Below, piece after piece: positions 51,743 through 63,013 of a stretch of 64,000 nt of DNA (the first letter of the stretch is position 1; each line of letters starts with the position of its first letter). Under the pieces are notes generated by a model that was not told where the DNA came from, did no database searches, and was given only the letters and a program-made list of their open reading frames with translations. The DNA is from Clostridia bacterium (GTDB lineage Bacteria; Bacillota; Clostridia; TANB77; CAG-465). A program made the translations under genes and the position numbers. The stretch covers positions 1-64,000 of the forward strand of contig JAZSNU010000013.1 in assembly GCA_045536565.1 (NCBI GenBank), given 5' to 3'.

Positions 51743-52837
51743 TTATACTTTTGTGTTTTTATCTTCTTTTGTATATACAATTAAATTTTTCAAATATCCA
51801 TATTCAAAAAGTTGTGAGAAAACATTTTTAAATATAACCATAACAACTGGACCAATTATCAATCCAAATAAACCAAATATTTTAAACGCAATATACATAG
51901 ATATTAAAGTTAAAAATGGATGTACACCTAAATTATTACTTACTATCCTTGGTTCTACAAGCTGTCTTACAACTAATATAACAATATATGTAATTATTAA
52001 ACCTATACCCAAAGACATATTCCCTACTATCGCAGAATATATTGCCCATGGGATTAATACTCCCCCTACACCAAGTATTGGTAAAGCATCTATTAATGCT
52101 ATTACAAACGCAAGTGTAAACGGATATTGTTGTCTTAGTATTAAGAAAGCAATTAATAGTTCTACAAATGTTATACATATCATAACAAATTGTGCTTTTA
52201 AATATTGTGATAATGACACTATTGTTGCTTTTAAAATATTAGAAATCTTCCTTACAAATCTTTTCGGAAACATATCATGCACATACATTGATAGTTTTCT
52301 TCTATCAGTTACTAAAAATAACGTAGCTAAGATTGTTATTACCGTGTATATAAGTATATTTGGTATAAACATTATAAAGTTTAATGCAGAATTGAAAATT
52401 TTAGTTATATATTTTGATAAAGTACCCAAAAATTCAATTCCTATCTCATATATTTTATTTGATACAGAATCCGGTATGTTATTCATTGCGCTCACGTATT
52501 TTTCATATATAACCTCATATTTTTCTTTTATATAATCAAATATTATAGGTAAATCAACTGCAATTGAAACAGCCTCTTTAACAAGTCTTGATACAAGTAA
52601 ATATACTAAAAAACCAACTAATGCATATACAAATAGAACTAATACAGTACCAACAATCTTTCTTGATATTTTTGTTCTCTTTACTATATACTCAACTATT
52701 TTTTCTAATATTATAGCAACAGCAACTGCTATAAGGAAAGGCCAAAAGAAAACAGCAAGTGCTAAACTAAGTAATACTAAACCAGATATTGCAACCAGAC
52801 CTAATACTTTTAATATTGTTTTTTTATAATCTATCAT
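51743..52837 (-). CDS. ytvI: Sporulation integral membrane protein YtvI (AI-2E family)
   Basis: YLKAQF, DALPILGVG, RQLVEPRIVS, GVHP. Confidence 0.9.
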   Translation of the reverse strand: MIDYKKTILKVLGLVAISGLVLLSLALAVFFWPFLIAVAVAIILEKIVEYIVKRTKISRKIVGTVLVLFVYALVGFLVYLLVSRLVKEAVSIAVDLPIIFDYIKEKYEVIYEKYVSAMNNIPDSVSNKIYEIGIEFLGTLSKYITKIFNSALNFIMFIPNILIYTVITILATLFLVTDRRKLSMYVHDMFPKRFVRKISNILKATIVSLSQYLKAQFVMICITFVELLIAFLILRQQYPFTLAFVIALIDALPILGVGGVLIPWAIYSAIVGNMSLGIGLIITYIVILVVRQLVEPRIVSNNLGVHPFLTLISMYIAFKIFGLFGLIIGPVVMVIFKNVFSQLFEYGYLKNLIVYTKEDKNTKV

Positions 52838-52930
52838 TATTTCTCCCTTTCATGCATTTATATTATGCCAATTATATCACATGAAAATACACAATACAAA
52901 AATATTACATTTTTGTATAAAAAATACCAG

Positions 52931-52968
52931 AAAAAAAGATTTCAGATATCTCTATCCGAAATCTTTTT
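52931..52968 (-). terminator. Terminator of the 53-64 kb operon
   Basis: AAAAAGATTTC...GAAATCTTTTT hairpin. Confidence 0.7.
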
Positions 52969-52972
52969 ATTT

Positions 52973-55900
52973 TTAATCATAATCCGATGATGCTTTTGCA
53001 TCTGTATCATAAAGAATAACTGTACCTTTAATTTGATTATACAACTCATTATTAGATATATGCCATACACCTTTTTCTAGTCCTATTCTTAATGAATTAA
53101 CTGTTTTACCTAAATTTTCTTTTGTAAAACCTAGATATCCTTCATAATCCCATTGAGATGTATTCATATTATTACCATCATAATTATTATTATCTCGTGA
53201 ATAACTAATTACCCTTTTTAAAGTTCCTCCATTATATTCATGAACTTCAATATTGAATTTAACTCCGATATATCCATCTTTTAATGGTGAATCTATATCA
53301 TATTTATCATTATCATCTAACGCGACTGCTATTGTAGAGTTTGGTAATTTATATTCACCATACCAAATCTGAATAAAACCATTATCTGCAATTTGCATCA
53401 TTTGATTTGTTAAAGTAATTTTAGAAGCAGTTCCTAAATATGTAGTTGTCTTTTTAAATGCTGGAGAAGGTTCAAACCTATATCTTTCTTCACTTTCTTC
53501 AAAAGTCAATCTATAACCATCATCTGGAACAAAATACAATTTATAGTTTTCTATCCCTACATATTTATTTTTGCTATCTTTATAGAAAAGTTTTACTCTA
53601 GGTATATAATTACCTTCCTTACTTACATAAAAGAATGATGGTGTTATAACAACATTTTTATTTTTATACTCCCCTGTCGTTTTTAAATCAAAACTAAATC
53701 TATAACCTAATTTCGGCGCTTTAGTATATGCGGCATTAGTATTTTTATATGGTCCTAATGGTAATGTAAATTGTTTCGTTATACCTATTTCTTTTGAATC
53801 CCTATCTAACATTTCATTAGTCTTAGTAGTGTATGTGTTCCATCTATATATTCCAGAATAATATGCTTTATTAGTATGCTTATTAATTACCGCTGATGTA
53901 GAAGTTCTAAATATATTTTTCCAGTCAACATCTTTTAAATCTGTAACTTTAAAATCATACACTCTATTTAGGTTTTCCGTTTTCTCCTTTATCTCTGCAA
54001 CATAATTATTATGTCCTATTATATTTTTTCTATCATAATACACTTGATGAGTCTGCCCATTGTTATCATTGCCTAAAAATTTATTTTCCTCTGTTGTTAC
54101 TGCTATTGCATCATCTATTCTTAATCTACCTATAGAAACATCATATGCTAAAGAAGATGGTGTATTATATGCTATTGCCCTTACTGTATAACTGTTTGTT
54201 TCTTGATTTACTACTCCCACAGCTTCATTAGCATCTGCCAATGCAAATGCGCTTATTTGTACTTTTCCATCCGAATCATATACCCCTGAGTATGAATTAT
54301 ATATTGGCCCAATCCAAGTGCCACTATTAACAACCCCAGTAAAATATCTCCTTCCACTTGAAGCTTGAGCATCTGTGATAATCACATCCTGCACATCAAA
54401 ATTAAAACTAATGTAATACTCTTTTAGATATTTATTAGTATTTAATGATGCATATTCACTATTAGCTGTTGTAGATTGCATCTCTATTGTAAAACGTGAG
54501 TTCTTCTGTATTTGTTTACCAGCAACATTTAAATTTGATGTAGTATGATCTACATACTTGTTATCAGAAGTTTCATTTGCTATAACACTTGTTGAAAATG
54601 ATATAGGAGTAAAGACATTAACAACATCTATATCTTTTGAAGTTTTATTATTTTCTCCATATTCCCATTTTATATCCGCAACCGCTGCTGGCGAAATAGT
54701 TGTTGATGAGCCTCCTACTTTTCCTTCTTTATTTCCCATTTCTGTATCACTAAAAGTAGCCTTTCCATTCGTTCTTGTCCATGAGAAATCATCTTTTTTA
54801 CTTTCTTCTTCTGTAACATCGAAATTCAATTTTGTATTATTAGTAATTAATTTATATTGAATATTTCCAAATGAATATGCCTTTCCATTTAATCTTGTTT
54901 TAGGAATTGTTAAAGCTTGCTCTTCAAAATACTCTTTAGTTGTTACATTACTTGTTGGCATATATTTTGAGCCTTCTGCATTATCACTTGTTCCTCTTAT
55001 AGATTTTGGATATACCGTAGATGTTTTTATAGTATTTGCCGTTGAATGCTTATATCCTTGAATACCTCCAATGCTCTCTAATCCCCTATTTGTTGTTAGA
55101 GAACTAGTATATTTAGACAAATCAATCCTTACTACTGACTTTTCTTCTGTTGCATATTTTTCAGTTTCATAGGCTTGTCTGCTTAGAGTTGTATTATTTT
55201 TATCCTCTCCCATTATATATATTGTTTTATCAGTATTTGGTATTGTATCAACAAAATATATTTGATCGTTCGTAAGCTTTATTTTAGCCACTGCTGACGC
55301 TCCTACTATTGGCTTACCAGCAGTTTTAATTTTTAAATTCTCATCCCCGCAATACTTAGATGCATTTTCTTCTGTAGCCTCAAATCCTTTTATAGTTGCG
55401 GCTAGTGAGTGAGTAGTTATTTTTTCATATATTAGTTCATTTACTTCGCTGTTTGCCATAGAAGTTGGAGTAGTTATATCATCGCCATTTTCATTATAAT
55501 AATACAAATCAATATTAGATAATTTAATAGTGTTTGCTTCTGCTTCTGTATTTTCTGCCGTTCTTCCTAAACTTGTCGTAGTTCCTACTATCATACCTCT
55601 ACATGCCGATTCATTAAATGTTGCATTTGTGAATATATTTTTATATTCTTGTGTAGGATTAATAGTATGTTTTCGTCCATCAAATAATGGTAAGCCTGAA
55701 TTTGAATATCCATCTAATAATTCAATTTTACTAATTGTATATAATCTTAAATTCCTAGCTTTATAATAGGTAACCTCATATGGAATACTAAACCAAAATG
55801 GCATATTTTTCTCATTCCTATCAGCTACTGCCCAACTCCAAGAACTAGACCATGTCCCCCCACATGATTTATATTTAGGTTTGCCTTTATCATCTGTACC

Positions 55901-58105
55901 ATTAGGAACAGATTTACTACATGTGCCCGTCTCTTTATCAGAAGAAGTATGTCCATTACTACAACTTGCAGACCAATTTTTATAATATACTGTATATGGT
56001 TGATAAATTGTATATAATAAATTTATTGTTCCAGTCTTATCCTTTTGTTGCTGTATATTTATAGCACCTAGCATGTATACATATGCATTATCAACTGACA
56101 TTCTTAATTTTTCACCCGATGGTATTACATCGTATATAATATTCCCATCATTGTTACTAACTTTATTATTTATATTCGCACTATAACTATCATCTCCTGA
56201 TAATATTGCTGGATTAGTCTCATCTTTTAATGTATAAAAAGATAATCTTCCTTTTTTTATTCTTTCAATTGGTGGTTCTACATTACTTGAATAATAGAAA
56301 TCTATTACCACAATGTCATTTTCTATTCCAGTCTCAACATATTCCTCTGGTGCATCATACAATTCATCTGATAATCTTTCATCTAATTTGGATTTTGCAT
56401 CCGCCAAATTTGTTCTAGAATAGGTTTTATTAGTACCTATACAAATATAGTTAGAATCAGTATTATCTGCTAATATTCTTAAATCTATATTATTAGCTAC
56501 CATAAATCCTTCTTGATATCCAGTTTGAGTTAGATTTTCTGCTATAGTATCAGATTCTCCAAATGGATAAAATTTAGCTACACCAGTTCCATCTAATATT
56601 TTACCTCTACTTATTGCTTCATTTACATTTTCTAGATTTACTTTTTCATCGTAATCTGTTAAATCTATATGTCTAACATAAACTTTTTTATCTTCTTGTT
56701 TTTCCACAGGTTTCTTTCTATAGAAAAAATCTATTACTACATATTCTCCTTGGTCATACCCTGCTATAAGTTTATTTGTCCACTTATTTCCTTGTATATT
56801 TGTACCTAGATTTTGATTACAATTATTAGTTGCTTCTGTCAAATTATTACCTGTTCCCATTGCAGAGCCTATACATTCATACTCACTATTAATCTTATTA
56901 GACCATGTAGTTGCTTCTCTTATATATTGAACATCCTTTTTAGCAGAACCAGTCTGGCTTGTATAATATGAATGTGTATATTGAACGTTTCCAAATATAT
57001 ATAAACTGTTTGTATCAGTCAGTCTATAATAATCTGTATATCCTGTTTTCGCCTCATCTTCTGCTTTATATTCTTTAAATATTGGTGTACTTCCTCTATA
57101 ATCACTTACTTTAATCGCTTGTCCTATAATTTCAGAAGGATTTAAAGTTCTATTTCCTTCATCTGCCAATCTATGTCTTATATATACATGCTTTTCATCT
57201 GATTCTATTGGTATGTCAAAAGTATTATCATAATAATTTATGAATGAATTAGCCGCTTGTGATTTAACAGAAGCTGTCGTTGGACTACTAGACCAACCCG
57301 AACTATTATTTCCTCTCAAAGTAGTTTCCCAAAATTTATATGCAGTGTCCATATTCATATAATATTTTCCATTACCAGAACCTGTTCTAAGAACAGCAGA
57401 GTTATATATACGAAGCGTCTTGGAAGTTTCCCCCTCAGTAAATTTTTCTTTTATCTGATTTATAGTTTCATCTTCAAGATAGTTGTCTGTTATATATACA
57501 CCATCTACAACTGCATATCTATATGAATTGTTTTTCATTATAACTATATCGCCTATTGATAGTTTTAATATGTCTGATAGTCTCAGGTGATAATTTCTAT
57601 TGTTTCTTTCTGAAGCTTGTGCCTCTTTGGTACTATATATCCCCTGATACAAACCAGTTTCTTCCAAAACATTCCACACAGATGCAACATACTCGTTTTG
57701 AACTTGCGGTTTTGATGTGTAATTTAATGTTTCCGTTAAATAATATCTTTGTACCTGACCAGCTGCTGCTTCAAGGGTATAGTTACTATTTATGTTTTTA
57801 TGAAAATACTCAAAGGCTCTATGATATGTATTCCATTCAAAGTGTTCAGTTTCGTTATTAGCTTCTGTTTCATTTGCATATACCCAACCATCTGCATTCT
57901 TAGTAGCCTTATTATACTTTTCTTTTTCTTCATACGCTGCATCAATTTGTTTTCTATATGAATATCTTGTTTTGCCATTTATATTTTCTATTGGTTGTAA
58001 CTGATAATTAATCTCATAACCTACTACATGATTAAAAGAAGTAATACTAATAAAGAGCAGTATAAAGAAATATATTATATTTATTTTTACTATGTGTTTT
58101 TTCAT
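52973..58105 (-). CDS. 1710-aa secreted protein with conserved-looking C-terminal domain (DUF5704-associated type)
   Basis: Signal peptide, two internal VYxRH...CIG...VVIDFxY repeats, C-terminal GYRFSFDLKT...WYGEYKLP...QWDYEG...SSDY. Confidence 0.75.
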   Translation of the reverse strand: MKKHIVKINIIYFFILLFISITSFNHVVGYEINYQLQPIENINGKTRYSYRKQIDAAYEEKEKYNKATKNADGWVYANETEANNETEHFEWNTYHRAFEYFHKNINSNYTLEAAAGQVQRYYLTETLNYTSKPQVQNEYVASVWNVLEETGLYQGIYSTKEAQASERNNRNYHLRLSDILKLSIGDIVIMKNNSYRYAVVDGVYITDNYLEDETINQIKEKFTEGETSKTLRIYNSAVLRTGSGNGKYYMNMDTAYKFWETTLRGNNSSGWSSSPTTASVKSQAANSFINYYDNTFDIPIESDEKHVYIRHRLADEGNRTLNPSEIIGQAIKVSDYRGSTPIFKEYKAEDEAKTGYTDYYRLTDTNSLYIFGNVQYTHSYYTSQTGSAKKDVQYIREATTWSNKINSEYECIGSAMGTGNNLTEATNNCNQNLGTNIQGNKWTNKLIAGYDQGEYVVIDFFYRKKPVEKQEDKKVYVRHIDLTDYDEKVNLENVNEAISRGKILDGTGVAKFYPFGESDTIAENLTQTGYQEGFMVANNIDLRILADNTDSNYICIGTNKTYSRTNLADAKSKLDERLSDELYDAPEEYVETGIENDIVVIDFYYSSNVEPPIERIKKGRLSFYTLKDETNPAILSGDDSYSANINNKVSNNDGNIIYDVIPSGEKLRMSVDNAYVYMLGAINIQQQKDKTGTINLLYTIYQPYTVYYKNWSASCSNGHTSSDKETGTCSKSVPNGTDDKGKPKYKSCGGTWSSSWSWAVADRNEKNMPFWFSIPYEVTYYKARNLRLYTISKIELLDGYSNSGLPLFDGRKHTINPTQEYKNIFTNATFNESACRGMIVGTTTSLGRTAENTEAEANTIKLSNIDLYYYNENGDDITTPTSMANSEVNELIYEKITTHSLAATIKGFEATEENASKYCGDENLKIKTAGKPIVGASAVAKIKLTNDQIYFVDTIPNTDKTIYIMGEDKNNTTLSRQAYETEKYATEEKSVVRIDLSKYTSSLTTNRGLESIGGIQGYKHSTANTIKTSTVYPKSIRGTSDNAEGSKYMPTSNVTTKEYFEEQALTIPKTRLNGKAYSFGNIQYKLITNNTKLNFDVTEEESKKDDFSWTRTNGKATFSDTEMGNKEGKVGGSSTTISPAAVADIKWEYGENNKTSKDIDVVNVFTPISFSTSVIANETSDNKYVDHTTSNLNVAGKQIQKNSRFTIEMQSTTANSEYASLNTNKYLKEYYISFNFDVQDVIITDAQASSGRRYFTGVVNSGTWIGPIYNSYSGVYDSDGKVQISAFALADANEAVGVVNQETNSYTVRAIAYNTPSSLAYDVSIGRLRIDDAIAVTTEENKFLGNDNNGQTHQVYYDRKNIIGHNNYVAEIKEKTENLNRVYDFKVTDLKDVDWKNIFRTSTSAVINKHTNKAYYSGIYRWNTYTTKTNEMLDRDSKEIGITKQFTLPLGPYKNTNAAYTKAPKLGYRFSFDLKTTGEYKNKNVVITPSFFYVSKEGNYIPRVKLFYKDSKNKYVGIENYKLYFVPDDGYRLTFEESEERYRFEPSPAFKKTTTYLGTASKITLTNQMMQIADNGFIQIWYGEYKLPNSTIAVALDDNDKYDIDSPLKDGYIGVKFNIEVHEYNGGTLKRVISYSRDNNNYDGNNMNTSQWDYEGYLGFTKENLGKTVNSLRIGLEKGVWHISNNELYNQIKGTVILYDTDAKASSDYD

Positions 58106-58113
58106 ATTATCTC

Positions 58114-59493
58114 CTATAATTCATTTAATTTGCTTGCCTGTGTGTCATTTACAATTAAATCTATTATTGGTTCCATATCCAAGAATAAAGAATTACTCAT
58201 AAGTGTTGTTCCCATTGGAACATCTACATATATTTCATATTGTTTATTCTTATATGTAACTTCTGTATTTCTTGTCAAATCTGCTAAAAGCAGATTTTTA
58301 TCCGTATCAGAATTTTTAATTTCAAATTCAAGTTTTACTCTTGCTCTATATCTTGTTCCATCTAAATAAAATATTGGAAATTGTACTGTTGCTTTACCTT
58401 CTATTTGTATTTTATTCTCTTTTACATAATCAACATATTTGTTAATCTGCTCAGTATAATCATATCTTGAATATTCATTTATTGAATTAAGGAAAGTCTC
58501 ACCATCAATTGTTTCATAATCAACATTTAAAAGCGCGTTATAATAAAGTTCTGTTCGATATTTCACTTGCGAATAATAATCTTTTCTATATTTATACGTT
58601 TCAGCAGGTGTTTTGTAATCTCTTCCACCCTCATTTATTCCTTTGTATTCATATGTAGCCTTATCCACAGAATATAATATATATGGATATATGTTAGCAT
58701 TTTCAGGTTTGCTTTCTTCTTTCAAAACTAGTGTCTCGTTTTCAGGAGCCACAGTATTATATTTTTCAACAAATGTTATTACTAATTTATTAAATTCACC
58801 CTTGTTTAAATCGTTTGTTAATTTTATTTTTTTATTACTGTTTTCTATAAGACCACTTTGGGCAGCCTCATCAATATATCTTCTTTCATTTAAAGTGTAT
58901 TCTTGCAAATTTTTAAAACTACTTTCTTTTTGACTAGCTATAGGAATTTCTAATAGTTTACTTCTTGCATTTAAGTATACCTCTAAACATTCCAGCATAC
59001 TAACATTGTCGTCATAATTTTCCTTAGATATATAATTTTTATCTATTATTTCAAATGCCATTGCTAAATCTGACCATTCATCTGATTCAAATTCTCCTTT
59101 TGAATTAAACCCTCTACTTTCAACTTCGGTTGCATTATATATCGATGCTATTATTATTTTTACCATTTCTGCTTTAGTAAGCTTTTGTGATGATTTTGCG
59201 CTTTTATTAAAATATAAATCATCATAACCATATAATTCCATTTTTTCTTCATATTTAGCGTATTTTTTATTAATAATAAAATTTCTAATGCCTATATATC
59301 CTAAAGCAATAACAAGAAGAGAAATTAAAGCTAATAGAGTTATATTATATACTTTTTTATGCTTATTATAATGATTTAGTAATCTGTTTTTTCTTTTTTT
59401 GTTTGCTTTTAATTTCGAAGTTCTTTTTTCCTTTTCGTTATTTTTAGTTGTTTCTTTTTTTTCTGGTTGTTTAATAATATTCTTTTTTTCCAT
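58114..59493 (-). CDS. Membrane-anchored protein with degenerate SLH-like motifs
   Basis: Basic N-tail, one TM, LTKAEMVKII and LNKGEFNKLV motifs. Confidence 0.7.
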   Translation of the reverse strand: MEKKNIIKQPEKKETTKNNEKEKRTSKLKANKKRKNRLLNHYNKHKKVYNITLLALISLLVIALGYIGIRNFIINKKYAKYEEKMELYGYDDLYFNKSAKSSQKLTKAEMVKIIIASIYNATEVESRGFNSKGEFESDEWSDLAMAFEIIDKNYISKENYDDNVSMLECLEVYLNARSKLLEIPIASQKESSFKNLQEYTLNERRYIDEAAQSGLIENSNKKIKLTNDLNKGEFNKLVITFVEKYNTVAPENETLVLKEESKPENANIYPYILYSVDKATYEYKGINEGGRDYKTPAETYKYRKDYYSQVKYRTELYYNALLNVDYETIDGETFLNSINEYSRYDYTEQINKYVDYVKENKIQIEGKATVQFPIFYLDGTRYRARVKLEFEIKNSDTDKNLLLADLTRNTEVTYKNKQYEIYVDVPMGTTLMSNSLFLDMEPIIDLIVNDTQASKLNEL

Positions 59494-59513
59494 ATTTTCT
59501 AATTCCCCCTCTT

Positions 59514-60587
59514 TTATGGATTACAAATAGGACATGGATAATATCCACTTGCCGCAGCATCTACTTTACTTGTAAAATATCCCCTAAATTCTTTATAACA
59601 TCCTATATATATATAACAACTAGTTGAATTATGATAATAATCTAAATTAGCAATACCACTTCTTGCTTTTGATACATAATATTTTTCAGAAGTCTTTAAT
59701 CCTGAAATACCATGACCTACATAATTTAGCTTTTCATTCCCTATATTTATACCTTGTATAAATGAAATTATACCTATATTGCTAACCATATCATCCCAAT
59801 CAGATACCGATATGCTTGGGAATACAAATTCATAATCGGTATCAGAGTATAAATTATGGTTACTAACCGCAAAGGACATTTCATCTGACACTATAGATGA
59901 TATTACCTGTGATCTACTATACTTTAAATGCTCAACAACTTCTGGTATTAGTTCAGGATTACTTGGACATAGTATAGAATTATTTTTTGAATCTTCTAAA
60001 TAAAACCAAGTTATAGCAGAATTATCACCTATAACTCCTATATAATCATCCATGGTAAATATTACCGTTATTGGTTTTACTGAATCATCTAAATCATCAC
60101 TAAATTGTTCAATGGCTTTTATTCCTGTCGTAGTTACCGCATAAGTATATGTAAAATATCTTTTTGGCTTTAAAATATAATCTATATTTTTACCCTCCGA
60201 ATATGTATCCATAGAATATATATATACTCCGTTATAATCTACAATTGCAATAACCGGAATATGACTTTTTATATATTCTTCCGCTGTTTTATCTCCTTTT
60301 ATTTCAAAATTATCAAACAAAGATTCAAAAAATGTATCAACTGCAACATTAGCATTGACCGCTACTTTATTTTCTGATACGCCAGAATAACCATAATCAA
60401 TATCTTGTCCAATATTTTCAACATTTTTCATAGCATATGTAGCATCATCTATGGCAGAATCTATAATGTTTTTATAATATAATGTTGCTTCTTCTTTTTT
60501 TAATAAGAAAGATACATCAACATAAACTACTACTGCTATTGGTATTATTATCGCAATAAATATCATTGCTAAGTCAGTTGTTTTCAT
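59514..60587 (-). CDS. TadE/TadG-like membrane-anchored protein with C-terminal Zn-binding motif
   Basis: N-terminal TM then IDSAIDDA; C-terminal YYH-x4-C...GYYPCPICNP. Confidence 0.6.
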   Translation of the reverse strand: MKTTDLAMIFIAIIIPIAVVVYVDVSFLLKKEEATLYYKNIIDSAIDDATYAMKNVENIGQDIDYGYSGVSENKVAVNANVAVDTFFESLFDNFEIKGDKTAEEYIKSHIPVIAIVDYNGVYIYSMDTYSEGKNIDYILKPKRYFTYTYAVTTTGIKAIEQFSDDLDDSVKPITVIFTMDDYIGVIGDNSAITWFYLEDSKNNSILCPSNPELIPEVVEHLKYSRSQVISSIVSDEMSFAVSNHNLYSDTDYEFVFPSISVSDWDDMVSNIGIISFIQGINIGNEKLNYVGHGISGLKTSEKYYVSKARSGIANLDYYHNSTSCYIYIGCYKEFRGYFTSKVDAAASGYYPCPICNP

Positions 60588-60598
60588 TTTTCCTCCTT

Positions 60599-62998
60599 TT
60601 ACATATCATAAAATTCATATTTTATATAATATGCTTCTATTGTTCTATTAAACAATCCTATTGAGTGAATATCATTATTTCCTATTGAGCTATTTTTTCT
60701 TAATTCTGCCATTGTATATTTTCTATCAGTATAATTGTTATAATTAAAATATATACCGTACAAAGTATTTGTTGCTGGTGTATAAACATCTAAATGCCTT
60801 GGATATCTGGAATTTTCTACATTAATTCCAGGTGTAGTTGAACTACTAACATCCGTTCCTTTAATCCAAAAATCTACTATATGTGCATTTAAAATATGAG
60901 GAATATCTAAATTATATCCTTCGTACCAACCACTTGTTTGTACTTGTGCATTTGTTTCATTCTTAAACACTCCATATTGATAAGCCAAATCTTTGTTACT
61001 ACACTCATCTACAGCGTATTTAAACTTGAATGTATATGTAATATGAGCTGATTGTTTACCTGGCCTAGCTGCATCTTCAATATAATAATCATATGTATAA
61101 GTTTTGCCAGGTTTAATTGCTAAATGAATATCTATAGGCTTTTTTCCACCAATTTCGTTTGCTGAATCATACCATGTAAATTCTTCGGTAGGTGAAGCAG
61201 GAGCAGGATCCACTCTCATACTACCTGTATAATTTCCTAACATTGTATGTGTATAATCAATTGCACCACTTCTAATTACAGTAGAACCACTACTTAAAGT
61301 ATAGTGTAAAACTGGATTAATTGCATTACTTACAACAGAGAGTGGAAGAGATATTTCGAGCATAGATATTCTTCTATCAACATACCAATATCTAGGAGTA
61401 TTATTTATAGGAATATGTACTGCTTCACCACTTGGAAAGTTATTCTTATCTTGTTGAGTAACATGATAATACCACCTCTGATTATATGGTATTGTTCTAT
61501 TTAAATTGAATACAGAATTCATCATATCTGTACCATAACCCCATGTATTATTAGGAACATTCAAAATAACATCAGGCATATTAATAGTAAAGTTAAATGT
61601 TATTTTATCAGATTCTTGACCCCTATCATCTACTGCCCATGCTTTCACATAACAATCACCTATATAAAATGTTTCTGATATATTGGTAGTCATATTTATT
61701 TGACCTGTTCCTGACGCATTTACCTCTCTTGGTATAACCTCTTTTCCATTATTTATTTCGAATTTTATTTTCTTTATTTTTGATATAGCACTATTCGTTT
61801 TTGCTTTTGCAGTAAATTCAAATTCGACATTTCCTGTTGATGTAGTATATTGTCCATTATTATTAATTATTCTATTTGGATTAGATATGTATAAATCTTC
61901 CATAACTGGTTTGGTAGTATTATAGAAAACTATAAATTCTTCCGAATTTATTTGAGCTAACTCACCTGTTCTAGATTGCGCTGAGCCAGGTTTTATTTTA
62001 AGATTAGACCTCATATATGCATTATTCTCAAAATCATAAGTTATCTGTTTTAAAGTTATAAGATACTCAACTGAATATAAGTTATTTGCATCTCTTTTAT
62101 ATGAATTAGCTATTTCATTAACAACTATCTCATTAGCTGTTATGCCTGAAACCTCAACATGATTTTTTACATGATTTGCTCTTTGTTCTGGTGTAGTTAA
62201 TATGTTATCACTTTCTCCTATAAATTCACTTATACCTTTATATGTTAATATAAAATGTATTTCCGATGAATTCCCTATTGCATCTTCAAGCCTTACTGCT
62301 ATTCCATATATTTTTCCGTTTATCTCTCCTGTTATTTCGTCAATACTATCGGCTATTGCTTCGTATGGATAATTTTTATATTGATTGTCTTGTAAATACA
62401 TTGGTTTTGATATAAAAGCATTTGTATTGGCAACTGTTGCATATTCTCCTCTTTCCCAATTATTTTCATATACAATTCCACCATAATTTACTACTATTCT
62501 TTCTTCAGTATTTCCTCCTAATAACCACGTCATTAATACTTGTGCCTGTGTTATATTAGTGTTTTTTACTCTCACATAAAATTTGTATCCTTCATCTAGT
62601 TCATAAAAATTAGTATTTATTATACTTTCAGTGTTTGCAATTATTTCGTTACTATATACTTTTTCTAATATTGCATCTGTATAATCAATTTTATACCTTT
62701 CATCATATACTTTTGAATCTCCCTCTAAAATTCCTTCTTCGATTAGTATTGGCTTATATGCTTCCAATTCTACTTCATAAGTATTGCCTGTTCTATCTAG
62801 TTCAGCTAAATAGCTCTCATACAACTTTTTACTTACATATCCATTATTTCTTACTTCATCTACAAAATTTGTTGTTGCTTCTATTACTATATTATTTGCT
62901 ACACTATCATTTCTCATTGCTATATTATATATAGGGAATAATACTATTATAATAACTGCTAATATTGTTGCTAATAACACACTTATATTGTCTTGCAT
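60599..62998 (-). CDS. TadE/pseudopilin-like protein with long beta-rich C-terminal extension
   Basis: MQDNISVLLATILAVIIIVLFP...TTNFVDEVRNNG N-terminus, Ig-like VKAWAVDDRG segment. Confidence 0.6.
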   Translation of the reverse strand: MQDNISVLLATILAVIIIVLFPIYNIAMRNDSVANNIVIEATTNFVDEVRNNGYVSKKLYESYLAELDRTGNTYEVELEAYKPILIEEGILEGDSKVYDERYKIDYTDAILEKVYSNEIIANTESIINTNFYELDEGYKFYVRVKNTNITQAQVLMTWLLGGNTEERIVVNYGGIVYENNWERGEYATVANTNAFISKPMYLQDNQYKNYPYEAIADSIDEITGEINGKIYGIAVRLEDAIGNSSEIHFILTYKGISEFIGESDNILTTPEQRANHVKNHVEVSGITANEIVVNEIANSYKRDANNLYSVEYLITLKQITYDFENNAYMRSNLKIKPGSAQSRTGELAQINSEEFIVFYNTTKPVMEDLYISNPNRIINNNGQYTTSTGNVEFEFTAKAKTNSAISKIKKIKFEINNGKEVIPREVNASGTGQINMTTNISETFYIGDCYVKAWAVDDRGQESDKITFNFTINMPDVILNVPNNTWGYGTDMMNSVFNLNRTIPYNQRWYYHVTQQDKNNFPSGEAVHIPINNTPRYWYVDRRISMLEISLPLSVVSNAINPVLHYTLSSGSTVIRSGAIDYTHTMLGNYTGSMRVDPAPASPTEEFTWYDSANEIGGKKPIDIHLAIKPGKTYTYDYYIEDAARPGKQSAHITYTFKFKYAVDECSNKDLAYQYGVFKNETNAQVQTSGWYEGYNLDIPHILNAHIVDFWIKGTDVSSSTTPGINVENSRYPRHLDVYTPATNTLYGIYFNYNNYTDRKYTMAELRKNSSIGNNDIHSIGLFNRTIEAYYIKYEFYDM

Positions 62999-63013
62999 TT
63001 ATTATTCCCTCCT

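Noticed and set aside
51753-52535. 260-aa plus-strand ORF
   Set aside because: Antisense shadow of ytvI.
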